Shown in pieces: positions 9,100 to 18,030 of a stretch of 64,000 bases of DNA. The position numbers and the translations under genes are program-made. The stretch is taken from positions 21,879 to 85,878 of the forward strand of contig JAJZLY010000008.1 in the NCBI GenBank assembly GCA_021850485.1, in the 5' to 3' direction. The DNA comes from Bacillota bacterium (GTDB lineage: Bacteria; Bacillota; Sulfobacillia; JAJZYS01; JAJZLH01). The notes under the pieces are model-generated. The model searched no databases and was not told the origin of the DNA. It saw only the letters and a program-made list of their open reading frames with translations. Each line of letters opens with the position of its first letter. The first letter of the stretch is position 1.

Positions 9100-11268
9100 T
9101 CACCTCCAAAACCGCCGCTGGGCCGCGTCTTTCAGTTGAGAGAGGGGTGCGCGCCACAGAGCTGCCCGCGAGTCCGCACAGGTCATCTGATCTCCCGCCA
9201 GCTGACCGAGGAGGCAAAAGGGCACGCCCCGCCCTGTGGCCCAGTCGCCCGCCTGCTCAGGGTCGGTGGTCACCAGCAGGTAGCGGCTGCCGCCCTCTGC
9301 GCACCAGGCCTCCAGCCCATCGCCCTGGTCATCGGCGGTGTGAAAGTGACCGCCCAGATTCCAGCGGAGAGCTTGTTCCATCACCGCCTGCCAGAGGCCG
9401 CCGTCACCCACATCCTCCACGGCCACGGAAAACGGCAGGGTAAGGAGCTCGATCACGGCCTCCGCCATCTCGGTTTCCAGGGCATAGTCCGGGTCGGGTA
9501 GCGCCCAGGGGTCACCCACGGCCGCTCGACTGCCGACCAGCGCCAGCCAGAGCCGGCCGTTGTCCACCGCCACCCGGTCTGGAATGCCGTCTGCTCGCAA
9601 CCCCACCGTGCCCAGTACGGGCGTCGGTAGGATCGGCCGGGCCCCTTCGCCGTTGTAAAAACTCACATTGCCGCCGATCACCGGAATAGCCATGGCAGCC
9701 GCAGCCTCTGCCAGCCCGCCGACCGTCTCCAAAAAGCTCCAAGCCACCTCCGGCTGATCGGGGTCCCCGAAGTTCAAGCAGTCGGTCAGGGCAATGGCCC
9801 GCGCTCCGGCGGCCGCCAGATTGCGAACCCCTTCCAGCACCAACTCCCGACCAGCCTGGCGCGCCCTGGTGGCGCTCAGCCAGGGCCGGCTGTCCACGCT
9901 CAAAGCGAGCGTGGACAGCGCCTCCGGCACCTTGACCCAGGCAGCACCGGTTCCTGGCAGCCGGGTCGTGCGCAGTCCCACCCGATCGTCATAGCGCTCG
10001 AACACTTGGCGGCGGTCGGCCAAAGCCCAGCCACCGAGGCGGCCTCTGGCCCACTCGGCGAGCGTGGCCGGCTGCGTGCGTCCGGCTACCACCGGGGGCT
10101 TGGCCAGGCTGGACAGGTCGAACAACTGGGCGCCCTCGGCCAAAACTTCGACCGGCAAGTCCGCCACCGTCTGCGCTCCGAGCAGAGCGGTAAACTGCTG
10201 CCTCGCGGTCACCTGGCCAATCGCTGCTGCCGCCAGCGAGAAGTGTTGGGCGACCGCCAGCACCTGGGGCAGATCTTGCGGCCGGATCACCAGCAGCATC
10301 CGCTCTTGGCTCTCGGACAACAAAATCTCCGCTGGCCCCATGGCCATCTCGCGCAAGGGCACCTGGGCCAAGTCCAAGGTCATGCCCCGGTGGCCGCGCT
10401 GCGCCATCTCGGCGGCAGCTGAGGTGATGCCCGCTGCCCCCAGGTCGCCCAGGCCGCTGAGCAGTCCTCGCTCCACAAGCACCTGCACCGCTTCGATCAG
10501 CAGCTTGCCGCGAAAGGGGTCTCCGACTTGTACCTGCGGCCGATCTCCGAGGTCCTGGGAGGTGTCTCTGGATGCGAAACTGGCGCCCGCGATGCCGTCT
10601 CGGCCGGTGGTCGAGCCCAACAACACCACCAGTTCACCGGCGGTGCGAGCGGCGCTTGGCAAGAGATGGCTTTCCGGAAGCAGCCCGACGCACATCGCGT
10701 TGACCAGCGGAGACTGGGCGTACGCCGGATCGACCGTCACCTCGCCGCCCACCGTCGGGACACCGACGGCGTTTGCGTAGTGGGCAACTCCCTCCACCAC
10801 GCCTTGAGCCAAGCGTTCGTCCGCAGCCACACCGGGGGGCCCGAAGAACAAGGCGTCTAAGAACGCGATCGGCCGTGCGCCGGTGGCCAGCACATCGCGC
10901 ATGATCCCGCCCAGCCCTGTGGCGGCGCCTTCCACCGGTTCCACGGCCGACGGGTGGTTGTGAGACTCAATTTTTGCAGCCAGCAGGTAGCCCTGGCCAA
11001 TGTCCACTACACCGGCGTTCTCACCAGGTCCGACCCGCACCCGCGGGCCTCGGCTGGCAAATTGTCTCAGGGCCAGTTTGGAATGCCCGTAGCTGCAGTG
11101 CTCGCTCCACAGGACCGAGACCATGGCAGCCTCGGTGTCGGTCGCGGCCCGACCGAGCGCGCTCTCCAGTCGCCTTCGCACACTCAGCTCAGCTGGTGCC
11201 ACGCGCACCCCTGGCTCAGCCAAGGTGGCTGACCGCCTGCAGGGCCGAGCGAAATAGCCGTCCGCCAT
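9100..11268 (-). CDS. purL: Phosphoribosylformylglycinamidine synthase subunit II
   Basis: 722 aa. WSEHCSYGHSK motif and two AIRS-like domains, as expected for small PurL. Confidence 0.9.
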   Translation of the reverse strand: MADGYFARPCRRSATLAEPGVRVAPAELSVRRRLESALGRAATDTEAAMVSVLWSEHCSYGHSKLALRQFASRGPRVRVGPGENAGVVDIGQGYLLAAKIESHNHPSAVEPVEGAATGLGGIMRDVLATGARPIAFLDALFFGPPGVAADERLAQGVVEGVAHYANAVGVPTVGGEVTVDPAYAQSPLVNAMCVGLLPESHLLPSAARTAGELVVLLGSTTGRDGIAGASFASRDTSQDLGDRPQVQVGDPFRGKLLIEAVQVLVERGLLSGLGDLGAAGITSAAAEMAQRGHRGMTLDLAQVPLREMAMGPAEILLSESQERMLLVIRPQDLPQVLAVAQHFSLAAAAIGQVTARQQFTALLGAQTVADLPVEVLAEGAQLFDLSSLAKPPVVAGRTQPATLAEWARGRLGGWALADRRQVFERYDDRVGLRTTRLPGTGAAWVKVPEALSTLALSVDSRPWLSATRARQAGRELVLEGVRNLAAAGARAIALTDCLNFGDPDQPEVAWSFLETVGGLAEAAAAMAIPVIGGNVSFYNGEGARPILPTPVLGTVGLRADGIPDRVAVDNGRLWLALVGSRAAVGDPWALPDPDYALETEMAEAVIELLTLPFSVAVEDVGDGGLWQAVMEQALRWNLGGHFHTADDQGDGLEAWCAEGGSRYLLVTTDPEQAGDWATGRGVPFCLLGQLAGDQMTCADSRAALWRAPLSQLKDAAQRRFWR

Positions 11269-11911
11269 GGCCGGATCCGAGCGCTGGGTCAGCGTTTCGC
11301 TCCGGATGGGGCATCAGACCGAAGATACGGCCGGTCTGATCAAGCAGGCCTGCCACGTTGCCGATGGCACCGTTGGGATTGGCGGCAGCGCTCACCGCAC
11401 CATCTTGGTTGCAGTAGCGAAGCGCCACCCGACCGTCGCTGTCCGGATGTGACTGGTCCGGCTGGTAGGCACCTTCGGCGTGGGCGATCGGCAAGTCGAT
11501 CACCTCACCGCAAGCAAAGTCAGCCAGAAACGGCGAATCGTTTGCCTCGACCCGCAGCGATACGTCTTGCGACAAGAAGTGCAGGCAGTGATTCCGGGCA
11601 AAGGCACCAGGCAACAGGCCGGCCTCGGTCAGGATTTGAAATCCGTTGCAGATGCCCAGCACCAGCCCACCCCGCCGGTGGTGTTCACGCAGCGCATCCA
11701 GGGCCGGTGAACGGGCAGCGATCGCTCCGGCCCGCAGGTAGTCGCCATAGGAAAAGCCACCCGGCAAAATGGCCAAAGGAGCCTGGTGCGCCGAGAACTC
11801 GGTGTGCCATACCAGTTCTGCCTGCTGGCCAGTGGCTGCCGCAAAGGCAGCGGCCACGTCTTGGTCGCAGTTGGATCCGGGGAACACAATCACCACCGCC
11901 TTACGGCTCAT
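11216..11911 (-). CDS. purQ: Phosphoribosylformylglycinamidine synthase, glutamine amidotransferase subunit
   Basis: 231 aa. N-terminus KAVVIVFPGSNCDQD and a class I GATase catalytic Cys/His. Confidence 0.9.
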   Translation of the reverse strand: MSRKAVVIVFPGSNCDQDVAAAFAAATGQQAELVWHTEFSAHQAPLAILPGGFSYGDYLRAGAIAARSPALDALREHHRRGGLVLGICNGFQILTEAGLLPGAFARNHCLHFLSQDVSLRVEANDSPFLADFACGEVIDLPIAHAEGAYQPDQSHPDSDGRVALRYCNQDGAVSAAANPNGAIGNVAGLLDQTGRIFGLMPHPERNADPALGSGHGGRLFRSALQAVSHLG

Positions 11912-12159
11912 GTGGCGTGGACCGCCAACCGGTAGGTCTCCATCACGGGATTGGCCAGCAGGGCGTTTGCCATCTGCTCGCCCAGCTGCACCGCCTGGTC
12001 GGCACTGGCCGCTTGCACGGTCAGGCTGATCAGGCGGCCAACGCGCACGGCACTGGCCTGGTCAAAGCCCAAGGCGGCCAGCGACGCTTGGACGGCGTCG
12101 CCCTGAGGGTCCAGCATGCCGTCTTTGGGCAAGACCTCCACCACCAGGTGATAGGTCAT
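11908..12159 (-). CDS. purS: Phosphoribosylformylglycinamidine synthase subunit PurS
   Basis: 83-aa protein starting MTYHLVVEVLPKDGMLDPQGDAV, the typical PurS size and sequence. Its stop overlaps the purQ start and its start overlaps the purC stop. Confidence 0.8.
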   Translation of the reverse strand: MTYHLVVEVLPKDGMLDPQGDAVQASLAALGFDQASAVRVGRLISLTVQAASADQAVQLGEQMANALLANPVMETYRLAVHAT

Positions 12160-12863
12160 GCCTGCTGCAGCCGGGCCAGGACCTCCTGGTAGGCCTCCTC
12201 GAGTCCGCCCAGATCCCGGCGGAAGCGATCCTTGTCCATCTTCTCTCCAGTCTTCGTGTCCCACAGGCGGCAGGTGTCGGGGGAAATCTCGTCCCCCAGC
12301 ATGATCTGGCCGTGGCGCCGTCCGAATTCCAGCTTGAAGTCGACCAGGGTGATGCCGTGGCTGGCCAGGGCGTCTTTGAGGATCTCATTGACCCGCCTGG
12401 TCAGGCGACGAATCTCGGCCAGCTCATCAGCGGTTGCCAAGCCGAGGGCCAAGACGTGGTCCTCAGCCAGCATCGGATCTCCCAGGGCGTCGTCCTTCAG
12501 GTAGAACTCGACCACGGCAAACGGGAGCACCTGGCCCTCGGGTCGGCCCAGGCGTCTGGCCAACGACCCCGCCAGAACATTTCTGAGCACAACCTCGATG
12601 CCCATCATGTCCAAGGCATCGACCTCCAAGGTGGTCTCATCGACCTGAGCGCGCAGATGGGTGGGCACCCCGCCGGCGGCGACCAAGCCGAGCAGCAAAG
12701 CCGTGATCTTGGTATTGAGCGCCCCCTTGCCCGAGATGGTTGCCCGCTTCTTGCCGTCCAGGGCAGTGGCGTCATCTTTGAACCGCATCCACAGCCGATC
12801 CGCCGACTCCGTGGTCAGCATCACCTTAGCCTTACCTTCGTAGCGCCTCTCTCCTACCATCAC
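12156..12863 (-). CDS. purC: Phosphoribosylaminoimidazole-succinocarboxamide synthase (SAICAR synthetase)
   Basis: 235 aa with a YEGKAKV N-terminal motif. Confidence 0.9.
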   Translation of the reverse strand: MMVGERRYEGKAKVMLTTESADRLWMRFKDDATALDGKKRATISGKGALNTKITALLLGLVAAGGVPTHLRAQVDETTLEVDALDMMGIEVVLRNVLAGSLARRLGRPEGQVLPFAVVEFYLKDDALGDPMLAEDHVLALGLATADELAEIRRLTRRVNEILKDALASHGITLVDFKLEFGRRHGQIMLGDEISPDTCRLWDTKTGEKMDKDRFRRDLGGLEEAYQEVLARLQQA

Positions 12864-14161
12864 GACACCTCCTCAGTCAGTGCTCGGTCAATGATCTCGG
12901 GTATGCGCTGTAATGACGGAGCCAGGTCGAACAGCTGATCCCACTCGGCGGTGCGCAGCGTCGGTGGCAGTCTTTTGTCTGCCGCCAGCAGCGTCCGAAA
13001 ATCCCCGCCCGCCAGAGCTGAGAACGCCGCTTCTTGCACCAGTTGGTAGGCGGCCTCACGGCTCATCCCGTGGCGGACGAGAGCCAAAAGCACGCGCTGC
13101 GAAGACACCAGGCCGCCGCTAGCCGAAAGATTTTCGGCCATGCGCGCCCGGTCCAGCACCAACCCCTCGATCAGCCAAGCCGCTTCGGCCAGCATGAAGT
13201 CGCTGAGGATGCTGGCGTCAGCCAAGGCCACCCGCTCGGTGGAGGAGTGGGAGATGTCTCGCTCGTGCCAAAGGGCGATGTCCTCCATCCCGGCTTGGGC
13301 GTATGCCCGCACCAATCTGGCCAGACCGCAGATCCGCTCTGAAACCACCGGGTTGCGCTTATGCGGCATCGCAGATGAGCCCTTTTGGCCGACTGCGAAC
13401 GGTTCTTGCACTTCTCGCACTTCCGAGCGCTGCAACAAGCGCACCTCCAGCGCCAGCCGCTCCAAGTTGCCAGCCAAGATGGCGAGCGTGCTGAGGTACT
13501 GGGCGTGGCGGTCTCGGTCCAAGACTTGGGAGCTGACTTGGGCCGGACGAAGGCCCAGCCGGCCAAGCGCTGAGCGCTCCACCTCGGGCGTGACCTCGAG
13601 GTAGGTACCGATCGCCCCAGACAGCTTGCCCACGGCCAGTTCGTGCTGGCAGGCGATAAGCCGCCTGCGGTCTCTGGTGAGCGCCTGATAATAGAGCGCA
13701 AACTTGTGGCCGAGCGTAGTCGGCTCGGCGATCATGCCGTGGGTGCGGCCGGCAATCGGCGTTGTCGCCTCCGCTCTGGCTCTTTTGGATAGCGCCTGGC
13801 GCAGCCTGTCAACGCCCGAGATAAGCTGCTCCGTGGCCGCTTGCAGGGTGAGCATCAAGGCGGTGTCTGTGACGTCAGAAGAGGTCAGCCCGTAGTGGAA
13901 GAAGCGGCTTTCGGCACCGACCTGCTCGCTCACGGCCTGGGTGAAGGCGATCACATCATGGCGGACGGTGGCCTCGATTTCCTCGACCCGGGCCGGATCG
14001 ATGTGCACCCGCTGCGAGATGGTGGCCACCGCCGTAGCGGGGATCACGCCAGCCTCGGCCCAGGCCTCCATCACCGCCAGCTCCACCCGTAGCCAGCTGT
14101 CGTAGCGAGCCTGGTCTTCGAACAGCCCCGCCATCTGGGGTCGGCTGTAGCGCCTGATCAC
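12860..14161 (-). CDS. purB: Adenylosuccinate lyase
   Basis: 433 aa. N-terminus [17 protein letters not shown] and fumarate-lyase family blocks ([11 protein letters not shown]). Confidence 0.9.
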   Translation of the reverse strand: MIRRYSRPQMAGLFEDQARYDSWLRVELAVMEAWAEAGVIPATAVATISQRVHIDPARVEEIEATVRHDVIAFTQAVSEQVGAESRFFHYGLTSSDVTDTALMLTLQAATEQLISGVDRLRQALSKRARAEATTPIAGRTHGMIAEPTTLGHKFALYYQALTRDRRRLIACQHELAVGKLSGAIGTYLEVTPEVERSALGRLGLRPAQVSSQVLDRDRHAQYLSTLAILAGNLERLALEVRLLQRSEVREVQEPFAVGQKGSSAMPHKRNPVVSERICGLARLVRAYAQAGMEDIALWHERDISHSSTERVALADASILSDFMLAEAAWLIEGLVLDRARMAENLSASGGLVSSQRVLLALVRHGMSREAAYQLVQEAAFSALAGGDFRTLLAADKRLPPTLRTAEWDQLFDLAPSLQRIPEIIDRALTEEVS

Positions 14162-14634
14162 GAGGATGCCGACGCCCTTTGCGCTCGCTCCGTCTCGCGC
14201 TGTGCCACAAGAGCCTGGCGGCGCTCAGCCGAGCCGACCGCCAAGATCTGCAGGGCCAGCACGGCGGCGTTTTCGGCCTGGTCCACGCCCACGGTCGCCA
14301 CCGGTACGCCGCGGGGCATCTGCACCGTGCTGAGCAGGGCGTCCCATCCGTTCAGGGCGCTGCCAGACAGCGGCACGCCGATCACCGGCCGCACGCATCT
14401 GGCTGCAACGGCACCGGCCAGATGGGCCGCCATCCCGGCGGCGCAGATCACCACCTGAACCCCGTCTTGATCCAAGTTGGCGATGCGGCTGTCCAGCAGT
14501 TGGGGGTCACGATGGGCAGAGATCACCGCCAGCTCACAGCCAACGCCACTCTTTTCAAGGCGCGCTAGGGCGCCGTCCATCTTGGGCCGGTCGGACACGG
14601 AGCCGACCAGGATCAACACCTCACTCACTCGCCG
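14158..14634 (-). CDS. purE: N5-carboxyaminoimidazole ribonucleotide mutase
   Basis: N-terminus [14 protein letters not shown]...AHR matches PurE class I. Likely GTG start (VSEVL) with GGAGAGG upstream. The ORF-track TTG at 14679 is also possible. Confidence 0.85.
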   Translation of the reverse strand, partial: RRVSEVLILVGSVSDRPKMDGALARLEKSGVGCELAVISAHRDPQLLDSRIANLDQDGVQVVICAAGMAAHLAGAVAARCVRPVIGVPLSGSALNGWDALLSTVQMPRGVPVATVGVDQAENAAVLALQILAVGSAERRQALVAQRETERAQRASASS

Positions 14635-14901
14635 ATCACCTCTCCGCTTCAGCCTACCGCCGGCGATCGGTGAGCGCAAGGAAAAATCCGAACTTTTTGG
14701 CTCGTTTCAGTGTTTATGTTCGGCTTATCCGCCGGCAAAAATTTCAGGCGTCACCTGATGCAGTCGTGGCCAAGAGGTGCCATCATTTGCCTAGGCGTTT
14801 CTTAATGCCACTGACCAGGGTTGCGTCCCCGGGTTGGCGAATTTATCCAACTCTGGGCTCGATCCGGTCTCATCTACCACGGGCCAAAGGAGCAGACAAC
14901 G

Positions 14902-15051
14902 ATGTTCTCCCTGCTGACCAACCATCCGTTCGAGATCTTCGACCTGACCGGCTCGGACATGATCATCGTCATCTTGATGATCATCGTGTTTATTTTGGCG
15001 CTGGTGGTGCCCCACCCGGACAGTCGGCCTTCGAAGCGGGGACAGCCATGA
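14902..15051 (+). CDS. Small single-TM membrane protein (49 aa), first gene of the cytochrome b-like operon
   Basis: ATG at 14902 preceded by AAGGAG (9-nt spacer). Product MFSLLTNHPFEIFDLTGSDMIIVILMIIVFILALVVPHPDSRPSKRGQP. The TGA stop overlaps the ATG of the next gene (ATGA). Confidence 0.45.
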   Translation: MFSLLTNHPFEIFDLTGSDMIIVILMIIVFILALVVPHPDSRPSKRGQP

Positions 15052-15671
15052 ATTGGACGACTTGGATCCGGCGGTGGCTGCTGCGCGAGATCCCGATGGA
15101 GGACCTGCTGCCAGACGAGCTCCCAGCCTACGTGCACTCCTATGTCTATTACTTCGGCGTGCTGACCCTGGCCAGCTTCCTGATGCTGGTGGTCTCGGGC
15201 GTCATCTTGGTCATCTTCGGTCCCCAGTGGTGGCACGTATCTGCCGCTGGTCTGTTCGTGAACAGCATCCACTTTTGGTCCGTACAAGCCTTCTTTTTCT
15301 TCATGGTGTTGCACCTGTGGGCACAGTTCTTCATGGCCGCCTGGCGGGGCGGCCGCGGGCTGAACTGGGTGACCGGCGTTGTGTTGTTTTTGGTCTCGAT
15401 CCTGACTGCCTTCACCGGCTTTCTATCGCAGCAAAACTTCGACTCGCAGTGGATCGCGCTGCAAGGCAAGGACGCCTTCAACGCGCTGGGCGTGGGCGGC
15501 TTTTTCAACATCTTGAACTTCGGTCAGATCTACGGTCTGCACATCGTGGTGCTGCCACTGGTGCTGGCCCTTCTGATCGGCGTCCACCTGTACCTGGTCC
15601 GTTCCAAGGGCGTGGTGACGCCGCTTTTAGATCAGGCGGCGCCGAACAAGGAGGCGCACCACGATGAGTGA
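15048..15671 (+). CDS. Cytochrome b6-like protein (N-terminal di-heme domain of cytochrome b, PetB/QcrB-like)
   Basis: 207 aa, aligning along its length with cytochrome b6. Helix B His pair (IHFWSVQAFFFFMVLH, spacing 14). The RGLNWVTGVVLFLVSILTAFTGF block corresponds to [23 protein letters not shown]. Helix D His pair (LHIVVLPLVLALLIGVH). Phe replaces the heme-ci Cys. Confidence 0.8.
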   Translation: MNWTTWIRRWLLREIPMEDLLPDELPAYVHSYVYYFGVLTLASFLMLVVSGVILVIFGPQWWHVSAAGLFVNSIHFWSVQAFFFFMVLHLWAQFFMAAWRGGRGLNWVTGVVLFLVSILTAFTGFLSQQNFDSQWIALQGKDAFNALGVGGFFNILNFGQIYGLHIVVLPLVLALLIGVHLYLVRSKGVVTPLLDQAAPNKEAHHDE

Positions 15672-16602
15672 GCGTGCCCGCCAGCAGTACCGCGGCTATC
15701 GGATGGTCCAGGCCGACCTGGTCAAGGAGCTGGCGATCGCCTTTGCCGTGATCGCCGGCTTGGTCGTGGTGCTGGCCATCCTCTTTTCCAGCCCGGACCA
15801 GCCCACACTCACCGCCCAGCAGGTGGCCACGGCGCACCCGGCGGAACTCGAGGCCACCGCCATCCACATCCTCGACGGCCAGAATCTGATCGCCGCGTAT
15901 GGCCCGCCGTATAACCATGGCTCCGGATCGGTGCAAAAGATCGGTTTCTTCTCGCCGCAGACTTGGGCCGGCGTCACCTTGCCGCTGGACGCACCCGATG
16001 TGTTTATCCTGTCCCCACTCAGCCGAGTGGCGCCGCTTGATCCGGCGCTTGGCGTAGCCCTCTCGACGTTCCGGGCCGCCTCTCCCAGTCAAAAGGCGAC
16101 CTGGGAGACCAGTTACCAGGGTGCCCTAGACCACGCCCGGGTGGTCAATGGCCAGTTGCTGATGCCGCCGTCTCACAGCGGGCCGCTGCCTGTCATCCTG
16201 GGAGCGTATCTGAACCTGGCCAAAAGCGGTGCTCTTGAGGCCATCATCAATCTGAACGGGCGCACCTATCAGACAGACTTCACGCGGGCGCTGCTCGTCC
16301 TGCAGGGCGCTCCCCTCACCCGGGTGGCGGCGGGCCAGGAGCTTTTAGGCCCTGAGTGGGGCCAGATGAAGGAGCCGGGAAACTACCCTGGTGCCGTCTG
16401 GCTGTGGTTCTACACGCTGCTCTATCAGATCCCGCCGTACGCTACATCGTCGGTCGCCGACCTGCTGGCTGGCGCTACGGTCGGAGTCGTCACCTTGCTG
16501 TTCATGTTCATCCCGTGGATCCCAGGGCTGCGCGATATTCCGCGCAAAGTGAAGATCTATCGGTTGATCTGGAGGGAACACTATGCCCGGCACAAGAAGT
16601 AG
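15664..16602 (+). CDS. Subunit IV-like (cytochrome b C-terminal-like) membrane protein with a ~200-aa extracytoplasmic insertion
   Basis: 312 aa. ATG overlaps the previous stop by 8 nt. It has an N-terminal TM (AIAFAVIAGLVVVLAILF), then a ~200-aa soluble domain, then GPEWGQ (PEWY-like) followed by two TM helices (AVWLWFYTLLYQI; LLAGATVGVVTLLFMFIPWI). No Cys residues. Confidence 0.55.
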   Translation: MSERARQQYRGYRMVQADLVKELAIAFAVIAGLVVVLAILFSSPDQPTLTAQQVATAHPAELEATAIHILDGQNLIAAYGPPYNHGSGSVQKIGFFSPQTWAGVTLPLDAPDVFILSPLSRVAPLDPALGVALSTFRAASPSQKATWETSYQGALDHARVVNGQLLMPPSHSGPLPVILGAYLNLAKSGALEAIINLNGRTYQTDFTRALLVLQGAPLTRVAAGQELLGPEWGQMKEPGNYPGAVWLWFYTLLYQIPPYATSSVADLLAGATVGVVTLLFMFIPWIPGLRDIPRKVKIYRLIWREHYARHKK

Positions 16603-16876
16603 GCGCACCCTGCCGGTGCCGGCCAGACCCCGTCTGTACCTGCTCCTTCCCGCCCTGGTGGCAGGTGTGGTTGGTACGTCTTTGCTCTATAACGGCGGCG
16701 TATCCGCCAATCTTGGCGATCTGGCGGCTGGGGTGCCTTTGTTCGGACTAGGTCTGTGGGGGGCGGGTTGGCCCTTCGTTCAGGCCATGGCCCTGACCAA
16801 GGCTGCCGGCCAGCGCCGCAGGAGACTCGCTGCTGGGCGACACCAGCCGGGTCCATCAGGTCCTGGTGGGGTCTGA
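16583..16876 (+). CDS. Small 2-TM membrane protein (97 aa) with Arg-rich termini
   Basis: ATG at 16583 with a strong GGAGGG ribosome binding site 6 nt upstream. Overlaps the upstream gene by 20 nt. Two hydrophobic helices. Confidence 0.4.
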   Translation: MPGTRSRRTLPVPARPRLYLLLPALVAGVVGTSLLYNGGVSANLGDLAAGVPLFGLGLWGAGWPFVQAMALTKAAGQRRRRLAAGRHQPGPSGPGGV

Positions 16877-17029
16877 CGCTCGAGAAGGAGGCCCTGTCTC
16901 CGATCCCTAATTTTCTCCTCATCACGTGTGCACAGCCCGCAACTTGCAGGCTGTCTGGTGGTTTTCCGTCGGCGGCCAGAAGATCAGGCAGCCGCTGCAG
17001 GTTCGACGATGACGAAGGAGGACGCGGCA

Positions 17030-18028
17030 ATGGAGTACAGACTTCTGGGCAAGACGGGCCTCAAGGTATCGCCTTGGTGTCTTGGCACCATGACCTTCGG
17101 CGAGAGCCAGTGGAAACTGGGCGGTGTTGACCAAAAGACAGCCACCACCATGGTGGGGATGGCGCTGGACCGGGGCATCAACTTCTTTGACACGGCCGAC
17201 ATCTACAGCGCTGGCGCTGCGGAACAGATGCTGGGCGTGGCCGTCAAGGGACACCGCCAGCAGGCAGTGATCGCCACCAAGGCCCGCGGCACCATGGGCG
17301 AAGGGCCAAACGACAGCGGTCTCTCGCGAAAACACTTGATCGACGCCCTAGAGGGCAGTCTGCGCCGGCTGGGTACCGACTACATCGACCTCTACCAGGT
17401 GCATGGAATAGACGCCGCGACGCCGATCGAAGAGACCATGCAGACCCTGAACTCCTTCGTCGAACAGGGAAAAGTGCGCTACCTGGGGCTGTCCAATTTC
17501 CCGGCTTGGCAGATCGTCAAGTCTCACCTTCTGGCCGAGCACCGTGGCTGGGAGCCCTTTGTCTCCGCACAGATGCACTACTCGCTGGTCAATCGAGACA
17601 TCGAGTACGAGGTCATCCCGGCATGCCTGGACCAGGGGCTCGGCATCTTGGTGTGGAGTCCTTTATCCGGTGGCTTCCTAAGCGGCAAATACCACGCCGG
17701 AAAAGCGCCGGCCGGAACCAGGTTCGGAGATCGCGACCTGTGGTTTCCTCCCTTTGACCGCGCCCTGGGTGAGCGCGTGCTGGGCCCGCTTGAGCAGGCG
17801 GCCAAGGCGCACGGCTCATCCATGGCCGCCATCTCGCTGGCCTGGCTGAAAAATCGGCCAGGCGTTACGTCCGTCCTGATCGGGGCCAGGAACCTGGAGC
17901 AGTTGAAGGCGAACCTGGCTGCCCTCGACCTCGAGGTCCGGGCCGACACATTGGCCGAACTCGATGACGCCAGCCGGCCCGCCGCCATGTACCCAGGCTG
18001 GATGGTCGCCACCCAAAGCGGGCGCTAG
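17030..18028 (+). CDS. Aldo/keto reductase family oxidoreductase
   Basis: MEYRLLGKTGLKVSPWCLGTMTFG...FFDTADIYS is the classic AKR N-terminus. AAGGAGG lies 7 nt upstream of the ATG at 17030. Confidence 0.85.
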   Translation: MEYRLLGKTGLKVSPWCLGTMTFGESQWKLGGVDQKTATTMVGMALDRGINFFDTADIYSAGAAEQMLGVAVKGHRQQAVIATKARGTMGEGPNDSGLSRKHLIDALEGSLRRLGTDYIDLYQVHGIDAATPIEETMQTLNSFVEQGKVRYLGLSNFPAWQIVKSHLLAEHRGWEPFVSAQMHYSLVNRDIEYEVIPACLDQGLGILVWSPLSGGFLSGKYHAGKAPAGTRFGDRDLWFPPFDRALGERVLGPLEQAAKAHGSSMAAISLAWLKNRPGVTSVLIGARNLEQLKANLAALDLEVRADTLAELDDASRPAAMYPGWMVATQSGR

Positions 18029-18030
18029 CC

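Noticed and set aside
9095-9217. Upstream extension of purF overlapping the 3' end of purL
   Set aside because: The PurF propeptide/Cys nucleophile (EACGV) lies about 10 codons after a GTG with an ideally spaced GGAGG. The longer ORF would overlap purL by 118 nt.
14635-14900. Possible purine or ZTP riboswitch in the purE leader
   Set aside because: The aptamer consensus (conserved junction nucleotides) could not be found on either strand. Only short GC palindromes (CCGCCGGC) are present.
14670-15047. ORF-track N-terminal extension of the cytochrome b6-like ORF (126 extra codons)
   Set aside because: Homology to cytochrome b6 begins exactly at the internal Met at 15048. That ATG overlaps the stop of a small upstream ORF with a good ribosome binding site (ATGA coupling). 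The extension is basic and low-complexity and covers the divergent purE promoter region.
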